The translations under genes were made by a program, and so were the position numbers. 64,000 bases of DNA from Mytilus trossulus (lineage: Eukaryota), in contig NC_086384.1 in NCBI RefSeq assembly GCF_036588685.1, positions 59,272,001 through 59,336,000 on the forward strand, read 5' to 3'. How positions within the stretch are numbered: the first letter of the stretch is position 1; each line of letters begins with the position of its first letter. Of this stretch, positions 24,277 to 38,400 are shown piece after piece. The notes beneath the pieces are model-generated. The model worked only from the letters and a program-made list of their open reading frames with translations. It ran no database searches and was not told the origin of the DNA.

Positions 24277-27224
24277 TCAACGAAGTGCATGTATAGCTAT
24301 AAAGTATTCGTTTCAAAGTTAACGAAAATATCATAATATAAAGTAAAGAATTTGTAATATATTTCATTTCTAAGTTGTTTTATTTATTTCTTTTACTGTA
24401 TGTGATTGTATTTTGTATGTATTGCCCTCTCGTTTCACATGTAAATGAGACGGAGCGTTTTTAAAATAAAGCATATTGTAACTTGTATATTGAGTATAAA
24501 AATTCAAATAAAAATACAGAACAATGGAAAAAGGTTGATTTTTCGTTGCATATTAATTTGCATGGTTTTGGTTTGGATAAAAGCGAATTATCAAAGTTAA
24601 ATAGAATACTGGTTTCTTATTGACTTTTAGGCAGATTTTGTCAAAACCTCAAATTCAAAATATCACGATCATGAAAATCACAAATATTTTCTTCAATCAA
24701 CGACATTTTAGTTCTCCCGAAAATACCTAAGTCTATCGCTATGGGAATATGTTATTTGTATTTGTTCGTTACCATTAATTGCAGTTTTTATTTTACGAAT
24801 TCGTTTTTCAGATGTTGTTTGTAATTATATTCTGTTTGAGATTCAAGTGTTGTTACATAATTATGTACTTCTCTTAGGCTAAGGAAAATATTAGGTTTTA
24901 ACAAGTTTGCTAGTGAAATAGTTTTTGCAGCTTCAATTAAGTTTTACGTGAAATTCAATGTCGATCACCTGCAGTCACCTATCTTTATAAGTATGTTTTA
25001 AACTTTTTTCTTCTTCAAACGCGATGGCAATTAAATAACATATTTGTTTTCTTTTGGTAATAGTACACAAACGCTTAGTGTGATACCCGTCTTCAAATAA
25101 ACATCATTTTTAACCCCGCTACATTATTTATTTATGTGCCTGTCCCAAATCAGGAGCCTTTAATTCAGTGGTTGTCGTTTGTTTATGTGTTACATATTTG
25201 TTTTGGGTTCATTTTATTTTTTACATAAATAGGGCCGTTAGTTTTCTCGTTTGAATTGTTTTACATTGTCTTATCGGGGTCTTGTATAGCTGACTATGCG
25301 GTATGGGCTTTGCTCATTGTTGAAGACCGTACGGTGACCTATAGTTGTTAATGTTTGTGTCATTTTGGTCTTTTGTGGATAGTTGTCTCATTGACAATCA
25401 TGCCACATCTTTTTTTTATATCAGTTTAATGCATTGACCGAGTGATTTATTGTTTGTATTAACGCCACTATTTAGCTTAACGTGATGGTAAATTTGGAGT
25501 GCTCGACGATTACCAACGACACTCGGCAGAAAAACCTATATTCCTATTCAATTAAGATCCATGACATTTCGGTTATAGACCTTAAACCGATGAAGATTTA
25601 ATTGATGCAAATGTAGAAAGAAACTGGGAATTTTACCAACACTGGGCAGGTAAAGAGCCTCAATGATGTTCCTGGTTTTTTTTTCAGGAAATAGTTTTGA
25701 TCGTGATAGGCCGAGGGTTAGACTACTTTTGAGTCGAACTAACAATTGGTATTTGCTGCTTCTACGATAAGCACGATACACCAAGTAGTAAGAGTACATT
25801 AAGACTGATTCGAATCATAAAATCTGATCAGTGTGTACGTCTAGTACAAAACAGGGTTCATACTCCTATCGCAATAACATGTTCTGCTTCTAAATACGTA
25901 TACCTAACAAAGTATTTGATTTGCGATTTGACGTTAAAATCCGTCAATCATCGCCATACAAGATATTACTCCACAGCAAGTTTCCTTCATGGATTTTTTT
26001 TTTATACATTTGATGTTTATGTTACACATTTGTTTGTCATTTTAAATCCGTTTAAACTTTCTCTTTATGTCTTGAAATGAAGTCAAATACGTTTTATTCA
26101 ACTGAACTTTTGGAAACTATCGATCTCAATTCTTCTTCTTTTAGTATTTAGTTTTTATACCGTACATAATAAAACGGTAGTAACACATAAGTAGACAAAG
26201 GTAGACAAAAGTAGGACTGAGTTATATGCAATGAATAAGACAGGTTTCCGTCGCAGGGAACCGTGTAAAATTTGTTTGACGAAAACTCAAGTAGTATATT
26301 TGATGGCGATATACTCCATTTAACAAAATTATAGGATACGTAATTTGTAAATTAATATCATATCAATAATGTTTTATTTGGAAATTACAGTCAAATGGTT
26401 CAAAACATAAAGTATAGCACATAATTAAAACAACAATAAAGAATAACAATATTTCACATATCAAGTTTGCACCTGTTTAAAGAAGTAACCAAAAATTAAG
26501 TGATTTTCGTTTGTTGATTTTACTCATAAGTGTTTCTTGATTTTTCATATAGATCAGACCGTTAGTTTTTCTGTTTGAATGGTTTTAACACCAGTCATTA
26601 TTTTGCACTTTATAGCTTGATGTTCGGTGTGAGCCGTCGCTCCGTGTAGAGGCCGTAGCATGACCTGTAATGGTTTACTTTTACAAATTGTGGCTTAGAT
26701 CAGGAGAGCTGTGTCATTGGCAACCATATAACACTTAAATTTTATACATGTCTGTTACTTATTTTCGCAACTCCATTTCCATTTCCGTTTCAAAATATAT
26801 TTTGTTGTTACTATTCGAAGTTTAGAACGGTTTGGTTTTAAAATTTGATTCCTTTAATAAGTAAAAAGTTCTCTATTCTATATGATATTTGTTTAGCTAT
26901 AACATAATGTTGAACTGTGTGTATATATGGACGAAAATTTGTTCAACTTACTTTTTTACAAAGGAAAATAAAAAAAAACCACCCACTTGGTTATACTAGT
27001 TGTTACAACAATTTACCGGTATCATATCGTGTATTACTATTTAATCTTACATGTTCAAATGATTAAAATAGTAGGTTAAAATGGTAATCGGATAAAGCGG
27101 TAATCCAAATCCATTCACTAAACCAAATCAATGGAGGCATTCTTCATACACAGTATTTACCCCACAATTGGATGATACAATGTGGATCAGTTATAAAACT
27201 ATCAGGAAGTGAAAAGGACAAAAC

Positions 27225-28086
27225 ATGTATTCCACACTAGTGGTGTGTTTATGTTTCTGTGCGCTTACACCGTTGTCTGCACTTCCTGTTGGCTGTACTT
27301 ACGATTCAACTCAAATTCTCTACACGTGTAGTGCACGAAGTTGGTCTTTGCCTTTGGCGTACGCTGACTTTGACAGCGTAGAACCACAGCGAATAGTTTT
27401 GGAAGAACTATCTGGAACAATAGCAGCAAATACGTTTTCTGGATTCACGAGTATCAACACGGCAAACTTCGATTCAAAGTATGTTCCAAGTCTTTATATG
27501 ATATGCTATGCAAACTCTGATATAATCCTTGACAGCGCTGCGTTCACTGATTTCTCGTTTATCGACGAGGTTAAGATTATCGATTGTGGATTATTATCGA
27601 TTCCATCGGATGTGTTTTCAGGATTTGGCGATGTTAATTTGTTTCATATCACCGGTGGATCCATCACTAACATGCATCCTGATGGTTTCAAAGGACTAAA
27701 TGTGAAAAAGATGACACAATACAGTGATCCTCTCGGAGAATTCGCCATTATAAACTCACGAGTCGTAGGCAGTACAATGGCCACCGGGGCTCTGTTTAAT
27801 TTGCTTGAAGTGGAGCGAGTGCGCCTTGAACGTGCACATTTAATGGTGCTTCAGGCTGACATGTTTTCTGCTCTGAAAAAGTTGAAGTATATTTCTCTAA
27901 ATGACAACATAATGACCAAGCTGGAGGGTAATATGTTCACTGGTCTAGATGCTCTGTCTCACGTGGATTTGTACGGAATCAGTTGGTTCTGTACGTGTGG
28001 TTATCTCTGGTTCTTAGAGTATTCCAAAGAAAATAACATCACCATTGGCGGGGATATTGTTTGCCAAGACCCAGCTGATTATTTAA
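27225..28086 (+). CDS. LRR-TM gene 4, exon 1
   Basis: Signal peptide MYSTLVVCLCFCALTPLSA; paralog of gene 3; donor TTAA|GTAAGT, phase 1. Confidence 0.9.
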
Positions 28087-28571
28087 GTAAGTTATCCTTT
28101 TATTCTTCTATTTTTATGTAGATACATTTCAAAAAGGATTTTTATTATATAAGTAATCTTAAAAAGAGGCACGGCATAACGTCGTGATATTACAGGTATC
28201 TTTGTTTGTCTGAAGTTATAGAAGAAGTATGCCACAAGAAACTAACCATCAACCAGAAACTCATTCGTATAGTGTTGCGATCGTCGGTAGCAAACTTCTG
28301 TCCACTTGGTAAAACCAATCTGGAACTATCGTATATCATGTAAAATGATGTGAAATGTGCATCCCCTTTTTCAAATATTCATATAAAAAGTGGCAGATCG
28401 GATGTAGTGTTATATCACAACTCTCCATCAGACAACAAATGACATAGAAGTTATAGGTCATCGTGGAATTCTTTTTTGTCTACATACGATATTTGTGACG
28501 CATTAGTGACATACATTTGTAATTTATCCGGCTATCAGCTGTTTTTCATCAATATTTTTTTTTTATTTCAG

Positions 28572-28637
28572 ACAAGAGAGCTACAACTTACTACCAGAGC
28601 ACGTGTGTAGAGTATATCGTGTGCGATGGTCAAATCG
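28572..28637 (+). CDS. LRR-TM gene 4, exon 2 (NKRATTYYQSTCVEYIVCDGQI)
   Basis: Poly-T...ttcag acceptor and TCG|GTAAAT donor; 66 nt. Confidence 0.85.
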
Positions 28638-28870
28638 GTAAATATATTATTTGTTCTTCGTGCCATGTGACCGGAAACTACGTTTGTAATAGGGCATGTT
28701 TTAAAAATGTTAATGAAGTTTAATTTAGAATTTTTGAAATACTAATTAAGGCTTTTCAACCTCAGGCATAGATTACTTCAGCTGTATTTGCCAAAACTTT
28801 TAGGAATTTTGGTCCTCAATGTTCTTCAACTTCGTACTTTATTTGGCCTTTTAAACTTTTTTGGATACGA

Positions 28871-28914
28871 GCGTCACTGATGAGTATTGTCTAGACGAAA
28901 CGCGCGTCTGGTGT
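28871..28914 (+). ncRNA. Minimal type I hammerhead ribozyme motif (one stem II mismatch) within a Penelope-like repeat fragment (~28716-28960)
   Basis: gcgtca CTGATGA gtat-tgtct-agac GAAA cgcgcg TC tggtgt. Confidence 0.6.
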
Positions 28915-29646
28915 ATATACAAAATTTTAGTCCTTGTATCTATGATGAGTTTATTTAATATAAGAACAGAGAATGCAAAAAATCTATAATAGAAAAATAA
29001 AGGACTTCTATGACACAAAATCAGTACATGCACAGCAAAAAAAAAAACCACACAGGCGGCAAAGAAACAGAGCGCACTTTTATTGCTGTTCTTAATCTTA
29101 AAGATTCAGTGATTCTTCAACACGCGGCAAAACAACTCTCACCTCACTACAAGTTTAAATGACCCCTACAGGTAGCACCTGTTTAAAAGGAATTTGTTGA
29201 AAATGATTAGATGGATATAGGAAGATGTGGTGTGAGTGCCTATGAGACAACTCTCCATCCCAATAACAATTTAAAAAGTAAACCATTATAGGTTGATGTT
29301 TACTTTCAGTTGTCCTTCCCATGTTACCGAATATAACTTATGTAAGAGTACATTTGTTTTAAAAATCAAAGTAAAAAACGTAAGTGTAAGTGGTCTCTGT
29401 CTGTTTTAAATGAACACTAAATTTCCTACTTAAAACTGTTATTTTTTAGTTTGTTTTCTACTTGAAATTTAACACAAGTATCATATTTGAAGAAAACACT
29501 TTCACCTCAGTAAATTTTGCATAATTATACGAGAGTCACAAATAGTAAGTTTAAATTTAATTTCTTATTTTTGAAGAATTATATTCTATAGAAAACCCCA
29601 TTTTGATGTAAAACAAGTAAAAAGTATAAGTTTTTAATCTGATTGG

Positions 29647-29936
29647 TTTTTATCCACCACCTACGATAGAAGAAGGGAATTATGTTTTCTGGTCTCTGCG
29701 TCCGTTCGTCCGTCTGTTATTTTGTCCGTCTGTCCCGGTTCAGGTTAAAGTTTTGCTCGATGTAGTTTTTGATGAAGTTGAAGTCCAATCAACTTGAAAC
29801 TATGTAGTACTACATACATGTATGTTCCGTATGATATTATCTTTTTAATTTTAGTTTTAACCTCAATTTCACGGTCCACTGCACATAGAAAATGATAGTG
29901 CGAGTGGAATATCCGTGTACTGGACACAATCTTGTT
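29647..29936 (+). mobile_element. Helentron-associated (HINE/DINE-1-like) non-autonomous element; duplicate at ~32698-32955
   Basis: tttttatcc.. start, GTCC-type microsatellite (cgtccgttcgtccgtctg), and 3' hairpin gtgt-actgg-acac followed by tcttgtt. Confidence 0.5.
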
Positions 29937-30021
29937 ACCGTTTGTTCTAATGTTGTAGCTACACCGCTGTATAAGAAAATGATACCCACCAGTGACTTAA
30001 CTAAACCAGGTTTTGATATGA

Positions 30022-30065
30022 GCGTCACTGATGAGTCTTATGTAGACGAAACGCGCGTCTGGCGT
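30022..30065 (+). ncRNA. Minimal type I hammerhead ribozyme motif with intact core; predicted cleavage after C30059
   Basis: Stem I gcgtca/tggcgt, CUGAUGA, stem II gtct-tatgt-agac, GAAA, minimal stem III with palindromic GCGC loop, GUC triplet. This is the layout known for Penelope-associated minimal hammerheads. Confidence 0.75.
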
Positions 30066-30439
30066 ATAAAATTATAATCCTGGTACTTTTGATAACTATT
30101 TAGGGGAAGGTTAGAAAAAAAGAAAAACAAAATTTTTATAGATAAAACTGGGTTTTCTGTAAACTACTGAACACTGGAATCCTTTTTTTTCCAGTGTTAG
30201 TAGATAATGCAATTACTCAGATAACATATTTTTTTATTTTATTTTAATATAAAATTGCGATACATGTATCTACATAGTAAATGTATCAATGCTAAACTAA
30301 TTGAAAGTTCAAAGCTATTTCATTTTGTACATGTCGTACTGCTACATAAATAGAGTTTTACAAAACCTGTATCTTCAGGTATATTTTGTACTGCCACATA
30401 ACCAATGTTGTTTTACACATCCTATTGTTGTATCTTCAG

Positions 30440-30858
30440 GTATAGCGATGGGCGGGAGTTGTATGACACTGGTACACATGCTGACTTATGGCTTCACTCT
30501 GATTGTTTGTATTTTATCATGTGTAGCATTTGGTTTGACTGTCCATTCATACCGGAAAGCTAAAGCTGCCGGGCTGCTTGAAAAAAATGAAGAACCCAGA
30601 CAAGGCCGAAAGTTAAGTGGTTCTACGTGGAACAAGATCGATGATGATGGTTCAAAAAGGAAATCCGGCAGGGATCCAAATAGAAGACGCGATGAGAATC
30701 AAACAGAACGACTGCAGGACAGACGAACACGAGAACCCTATGATCGAAGCCATGACAGACGAGCACGCGAACCATCTGACCGCTCAGAACGAAGGGTATC
30801 ACAGAATATCATTAGATCGCCTAGGTCGGATCCATCGATCCATAATTTTGATTTTTAG
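30440..30858 (+). CDS. LRR-TM gene 4, exon 3a (TM + Arg/Asp/Glu-rich tail ending NFDF)
   Basis: tatcttcag|GT ATA GCG ATG GGC; TM segment MLTYGFTLIVCILSCVAFGLTV; AATAAA at 31037. Confidence 0.85.
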
Positions 30859-31129
30859 GTCGGTCTTTAAAATTTTACTTCTAAAGTAGCAACAGGAATT
30901 TTAAGCTTGACATTTAGCTACGATGAAACATTTGTTGTTTATTAGTAAATACATCATGTACATTTAAAATATTTTTGTTTTAGCATATATTTGTAAATCT
31001 ATTACTGATCAAACGTATTCTGAAATCATCAAAATGAATAAAATAAAAGTAACATGTGGTGTATAATGAGAGCAAGTAAATGACACAGGTAGCCAACATA
31101 CTTTAATAGCTATGCTTATAAGCTATAAA

Positions 31130-31885
31130 TGGATAATTGACTCAGGCAATCTTATACTATTAGTTGATAACATCCACGTCATTTGGTCTGTGGTGGATAA
31201 TTGTCTCAGGCAATCCGCTAGTTTATAACATCTTCGTCATATGGACTGTGGTGGATAGTTGTCTCAGGCAATCTGCTAGTTGATAACATCAACGTCGTTA
31301 GTTTATGTGGTGGTTAATTGTCTCAGGCAATCCGCTAGTTGATAACATCAACGTCATATGGACTATGGTGGTTAATTGTCTCAGGCAATCTGCTAGTTTA
31401 TAACATCAACGTCGTTAGTTTATGTGGTGGTTAATTGTCTCAGGCAATCCGCTAGTTGATAACATCAACGTCATATGGACTATGGTGGTTAATTGTCTCA
31501 GACAATCTGCTAGTTTATAACATCAACGTCGTTTGGTATGTGGTGGATAATGGTCTCAGGCATTCCGCTAGTTGATAACATCAACGTCATATGGACTGTG
31601 GGGGATAGTTGTCTCAGGCAATCTGCTAGTTGATAACATCAACGTCATTTGGTCTGTGGTGGATAATTGTCTCTGGCAATCCGCTAGTTTATAACATCTT
31701 CGTCGTTTGGACTGTGGTGGATAATTGTCTCAGACAATCTTACAGTTGATATCGTCTTCGTCATTTGGTCTGTGGTGGATAATTATTTAAGGCAATTATA
31801 TAGTGTATACCGTCTTCGTCCTTTGAACTGTGATGAATAATTGTCTCAGGCAATCTTACAGTTGATATCGTCTTCATCATTTGGG
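31130..31885. repeat. 58/59-bp tandem repeat (~13 copies); duplicate at ~34010-34735
   Basis: Unit gtggataattgtctcaggcaatccgctagttgataacatcaacgtcatttggtctgtg. Confidence 0.9.
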
Positions 31886-33310
31886 ATATTGAAAATCCCA
31901 TGTTTTTATAATTCAAATTGCAAAATAAATATGAAAGTAACTGTAGAAAACCAATGAAATTATTGAATCCCATGTAATTCTGCACATTTTGGTTATATAC
32001 ATGATATTGTAGCTCTTGTTTGAGGCAGCGGCGGATTTGCAAATGAGTGTTTTGCAAATTAAAAGTGTCCAGTGTTTATGATACAAAATAGAAATAAAAA
32101 GGATTAGGGGGTATCCATCTATGATACAAAATAGAAATAAAAAGGATTATCCATCTATGATACAAAACCAGTACATACACGGTAAAAACCCCACAAAAGC
32201 GGCAAAGAAACAGCGCGCACTTTTATTGCTGTTCTGAATCTTAAAGATTCAGTGATTCTTCAACACGCGGCATAACAACTCCAACCTTACTACAAGTTTA
32301 AACGACCCCTACAGGTAGCACCTGTTTAAAAGGAATTTGTTGAAAATGATTAGATGTTTACTTTCAGTTGTCCTTCCCATGTTACCGAATATAACTTATG
32401 TAAGAGTACATTTGTTTTAAAATCAAAGTAAAAAACGTAAGTGTAAGTGGTCTCTGTCTGTTTTAAATGAACACTGAATTTCTTTCCTACTTAAAACTAT
32501 TATTTTCTAGTTTGTTTTCTACTTGAAATTTAACACATATATCATATTTGAAGAAAACACTTTCACCTCAGTAAATTTTGCATTATTATACGAGAGTCAC
32601 AAATAGTAAGTTTAAATTTCTTATTTTTGAAAATTAGAATAGCCGGTATCCTTTTGATGTAAAACAAGTAAAACGTATAAGTTTTTAACCTGATTGGTTT
32701 TTATCCACCACCTACGATAGTAGAAGTTTTCTGGTCTGTGCGTCCGTTCGTCCGCCTGTTCTTTCTCCGTCTTTACCTGTTCAGGTTAAAGTTGTTGCTC
32801 GAGGTAGTTTTTGATGAAGTTGAAGTCCAATCAACTTGAAACTATGTATGCAGGTTCAGTATGATATATTCTTTTTAATTTTAGTTTTAACCTCAATTTC
32901 ACGGTCAACTGCACATAGAAAATGATAGTGCGAGTGGGATATTAGTGTACCGTGTGTTCTGATGTTGTGCTGCTACACCGCTGTATAAGAAAATTATACC
33001 CACCAGTGACTTAACTAAACCAGGTTAGGGGAAGGTTATAAAAAAATAGAAAACCAAAATTTATATAGATGAACAAGGTATTCTGCATACTACTGAACAC
33101 TGGAATCTTTTTTTATTCCCATTGTTAGTATATATTGCAATTGCTACTCGCTCAGATAACATATATGATTTTAATATAAAATTGTGATACATGTATCTAG
33201 TTATTGTATCAATGATAAACTAATTGAAAGTTCAAAGCTATTTCATTTTGTACATTTTGTACCGCTACAAAACAAATGTTGTTTTACAAATCCTACTGTT
33301 GTATCTGCAG

Positions 33311-33729
33311 GTATAGCCATGGGAGCGAGTTGTATGACACTGGTACACATGCTGACCTATGGCTTCACTCTGATTGTATGTATTCTATCATGTGTAGCAT
33401 TTGGTTTGACTGTCCATTCATACCGGAAAGCTAAAGCTGCCGGGCTGCTCGAAAAAAATGAAGAACCCAGACAAGGCCGGAAGTTAAGTGGTTCTACGTG
33501 GAACAAGATCGATGACGATGGTTCAAAAAGGAAATCCGGCAGGGATCCAAATAGGAGACGCGACGAGAATCAACCAGAACGACGACAGGACAGACGAACA
33601 CGAGAACCCTCTGATCGAAGCCATGACAGACGAGCACGCGAACCATCTGACCGCTCAGAACGAAGGGTATCACAGAATATCATTAGATCGCCTAGGTCGG
33701 ATCCATCGATCCATAATTTTGATTTTTAG
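33311..33729 (+). CDS. LRR-TM gene 4, duplicated terminal exon 3b
   Basis: gtatctgcag acceptor; intact ORF with 4 aa differences from 3a; AATAAA at 33917; no exon 1 or 2 lies between 3a and 3b. Confidence 0.7.
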
Positions 33730-35475
33730 CTCCGTCTTTAAAATTAAACTGCTAATTACAGATAGCCCTAGGAATTTCAAGCTTGACATTTAGCTACTAT
33801 AAAACATTTGTTGTTTATTAGTAAATATATACATCATGTACATTTAAAATATTTTTGTTTTAGCATATATTTGTAAATCTATTACTGATCAAACGTATTC
33901 TGAAATCATCAAAATGAATAAAATAAAAGTAACATGTGGTGTATAATGAGAGCAAGTAAATGACACAGGTAGCCAACATACTTTAATAGCTATGCTTATA
34001 AGCTATAAATGGATAATTGACTCAGGCAATCTTATACTATTAGTTGATAACATCCACGTCATTTGGTCTGTGGTGGATAATTGTCTCAGGCAATCCGCTA
34101 GTTTATAACATCTTCGTCATATGGACTGTGGTGGATAGTTGTCTCAGGCAATCTGCTAGTTGATAACATCAACGTCGTTAGTTTATGTGGTGGTTAATTG
34201 TCTCAGGCAATCCGCTAGTTGATAACATCAACGTCATATGGACTATGGTGGTTAATTGTCTCAGACAATCTGCTAGTTTATAACATCAACGTCGTTTGGT
34301 ATGTGGTGGATAATTGTCTCAGGCATTCCGCTAGTTGATAACATCAACGTCATATGGACTGTGGGGGATAGTTGTCTCAGGCAATCTGCTAGTTGATAAC
34401 ATCAACGTCATTTGGTCTGTGGTGGATAATTGTCTCTGGCAATCCGCTAGTTTATAACATCTTCGTCGTTTGGACTGTGGTGGATAATTGTCTCAGACAA
34501 TCTTACAGTTGATATCGTCTTCGTCATTTGGTCTGTGGTGGATAATTATTTAAGGCAATTATATAGTGTATACCGTCTTCGTCCTTTGAACTGTGATGAA
34601 TAATTGTCTCAGGCAATCTTACAGTTGATATCGTCTTCATCATTTGGTCTGTGGTGGATAATTGTCTCAGGCAATCATATCGTTGATACTGTCTTCGTCA
34701 TTTGGTCTGTGGTGGATAATTGTCTAAGGCAATCACAAAGGTGATACCATATATAGTTACGATTCTGATGTCAGGTCATTAAAGATTGGATTTTAGGCGT
34801 TGATATTGATTCATTTAGTGGGTCTTTGTATCGGAACTAAAACATTTATTTAAAGACCAGTTGTTGGCATGACACGGGTTATGTTCTTCTCATATATTTT
34901 GTGATGGTATGATACTCAACCCCTCACGGGGAGGATTGTGCCTGATATTCATATGATGAAGACATAATTTTTCAATCAGTTTAATTGAAGTCTGGAGCTG
35001 GCATGTCAGTAAACTGCTAGTAGTCTGATGTTATTTATGTATTATTGTCATTTTTTTTCTTTGGTTACATCTTCTGACATCAGACTCGGACTTCTGTTGA
35101 ACTGAATTTTAATGTGCATTTTGTTATGCGTTTACTTTTCTGCACTGGGTAGAGGTATAGGGGGAGAGTTGAGATCTCAAAAGCATGTTTAACCCCGCCG
35201 CACTTTTGGTCCTGTCCCAAGTCAGGATCCTCTGGCCTTTCTTAGTCTTGTATGATTTTAAATTTTAGTTTCTTGTGTACGATTTGTAGTTTATTATTGC
35301 GTTCATTACCACTGAACTACAGTAGTATATATATTTGTTAAGGGGTCAGCTGAAGGACGCCTCCGAGTGCGGGAATTTATCGCTGCATTGCAGACCTGTT
35401 GGTGACCTTTTGCTGTTGTCTGCTATATGATCGGGTTCTTGTCTCTTTGACACATTCCCCATTTCTATTCTCAAT

Positions 35476-38400
35476 TAAACACATAAACCATGACCAAACC
35501 AATACACATAAATCATGATCAAACCCCCACACATAAACCATGACCAAACCAATACACATAAACCATGACTAAACCAATACACAGAAACCATGACCAAACC
35601 AATACACATAAACCATGACTAAACCAATACACATAAACCATGACCAAACCAATACACATAAACAATGGCCAAACCAATACACATAAACCATGACTAAACC
35701 AAAACACATAAACTATGGCCAAACCAATGCACATAAACAATGGCCAAACCAATACACAGAAACCATGACTAAACCAAAACACATAAACTATGGCCAAACC
35801 AATGCACATAAACCATGGCCAAACCAATACACAGAAACCATGACCAAACCCCCACACATAAACCATGACCAAACCAATACACATAAATCATGATCAAACC
35901 CCCACACATAAACCATGACCAAACCAATACACATAAATCATGATCAAACCCCCACACATAAACCATGACCAAACCAATACACATAAATCATGATCAAACC
36001 CCCACACATAAACCATGACCAAACCAATACACATAAATCATGATCAAACCCCCACACATAAACCATGGCCAAACCAATACACATAAACCATGACTAAACC
36101 AATACACATAAACTATGGCCAAACCAATGCACATAAACCATGGCCAAACCAATGCACATAAACCATGGCCAAACCAATACACAGAAACCATGGCCAAACC
36201 AATACACATAAATCATGGCCAAACCAATGCACATAAACCATGGCCAAACCAATACACAGAAACCATGGCCAAACCAATACACAGAAACCATGGCCAAACC
36301 AATACACATAAACCATGACTAAACCAAAACACATAAACTATGGCCAAACCAATGCACATAAACCATGGCCAAACCAATACACAGAAACCATGACCAAACC
36401 CCCACACATAAACCATGACCAAACCAATACACATAAATCATGATCAAACCCCCACACATAAACCATGACCAAACCAATACACATAAATCATGATCAAACC
36501 CCCACACATAAACCATGACCAAACCAATACACATAAATCATGATCAAACCCCCACACATAAACCATGACCAAACCAATACACATAAATCATGATCAAACC
36601 CCCACACATAAACCATGGCCAAACCAATACACATAAACCATGACTAAACCAATACACATAAACTATGGCCAAACCAATGCACATAAACCATGGCCAAACC
36701 AATGCACATAAACCATGGCCAAACCAATACACAGAAACCATGGCCAAACCAATACACATAAATCATGATCAAACCCCCACACATAAACCATGACCAAACC
36801 AATACACATAAATCAAGATTAAACCCCCACACATAAACCATGGCCAAACCAATACACATAAACCATGACTAAACCAATACACATAAACTATGGCCAAACC
36901 AATGCACATAAACCATGGCCAAACCAATACACAGAAACCATGGCCAAACAAATACACAGAAACCATGGCCAAACCAATACACAAAAACCATGACCAAACC
37001 AATACACAGAAACCATGCCCAAACCAATACACAGAAACCATGGCCAAACCAATACACAGAAACCAGGGTTAAACAAATACACAGAAACCATGGCCAAACC
37101 AATACACATAAACCATGACCAAACCAATACACAGAAACCATGGCCAAACCAATACACAAAAACCATGGCCAAACAAATACACAGAAACCATGCCCAAACC
37201 AATACACAGAAACCATGGCCAAACCAATACACAGAAACCAGGGTTAAACAAATACACAGAAACCATGGCCAAACCAATACACATAAACCAGGGTTAAACA
37301 AATACACAGAAACCATGGCCAAACCAATACACATAAACCATGGCCAAACCAATACACAGAAACCATGGCCAAACCAATACACATAAACCATGGCCAAACC
37401 AATACACATAAACCATGACCAAACCAATACACATAAACCATGGCCAAATCAATACACAGAAACCATGGCCAAACCAATACACAGAAACCATGGCCAAACC
37501 AATACACATAAACCATGACCAAACCAATACACATAAACCATGGCCAAATCAATACACAGAAACCATGACCAAACCAATACACAGAAACCATGACCAAACC
37601 AATACACAGAAACCAGGGTTAAATCAATACACATAAACCATGACCAAACAAATACATATAAACCATGGCCAAACCAATACACAAAAACCATGGCCAAACC
37701 AATACACAGAAACAATGGCCAAACCAATACACAGAAAACATGGCCAGACCAATACACATAAACCATGGCCAAACCAATGCACAGAAAACATGGCCAAACC
37801 AATACACATAAACAATTGCCAGACCAATACACATAAACCATGGCCAAACCAATACACAGAAACCATGGCCAAACCAATGCACAGAAACCATGGCCAAACT
37901 AATACACATAAACCATTGCCAGACCAATACACATAAACCATTGCCAGACCAATACACATAAACCATGGTCAAACCAATGCACAGAAACCATGGCCAAACT
38001 AATACACAGAAACCATGGCCAAACCAATACACAGAAACCAGGGTCAAACCAATACATATAAACCATGACCAAACCAATACACAGAAACCATGGCCAAACC
38101 AATACACAGAAACCATGGCCAAACCAATACACAAAAACCATGGCCAAACCAATACACAGAAACCATGGCCAAACCAATACACAGAAAACATGGCCAGACC
38201 AATACACATAAACCATGACCAAACCAATGCACAGAAAACATGGCCAAACCAATACACATAAACAATTGCCAGACCAATACACATAAACCATGGCCAAACC
38301 AATACACAGAAACCATGGCCAAACCAATGCACAGAAACCATGGCCAAACTAATACACATAAACCATTGCCAGACCAATACACATAAACCATTGCCAGACC

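Larger units (their letters stand above)
29018..34645. repeat. Tandem duplication (~29018-31885 and ~32164-34645) covering distal intron 2, exon 3 and the 3' region of gene 4
   Basis: Colinear copies. Copy 1 has extra inserts at ~29212-29294, ~30013-30101 and ~30331-30385. Confidence 0.92.
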
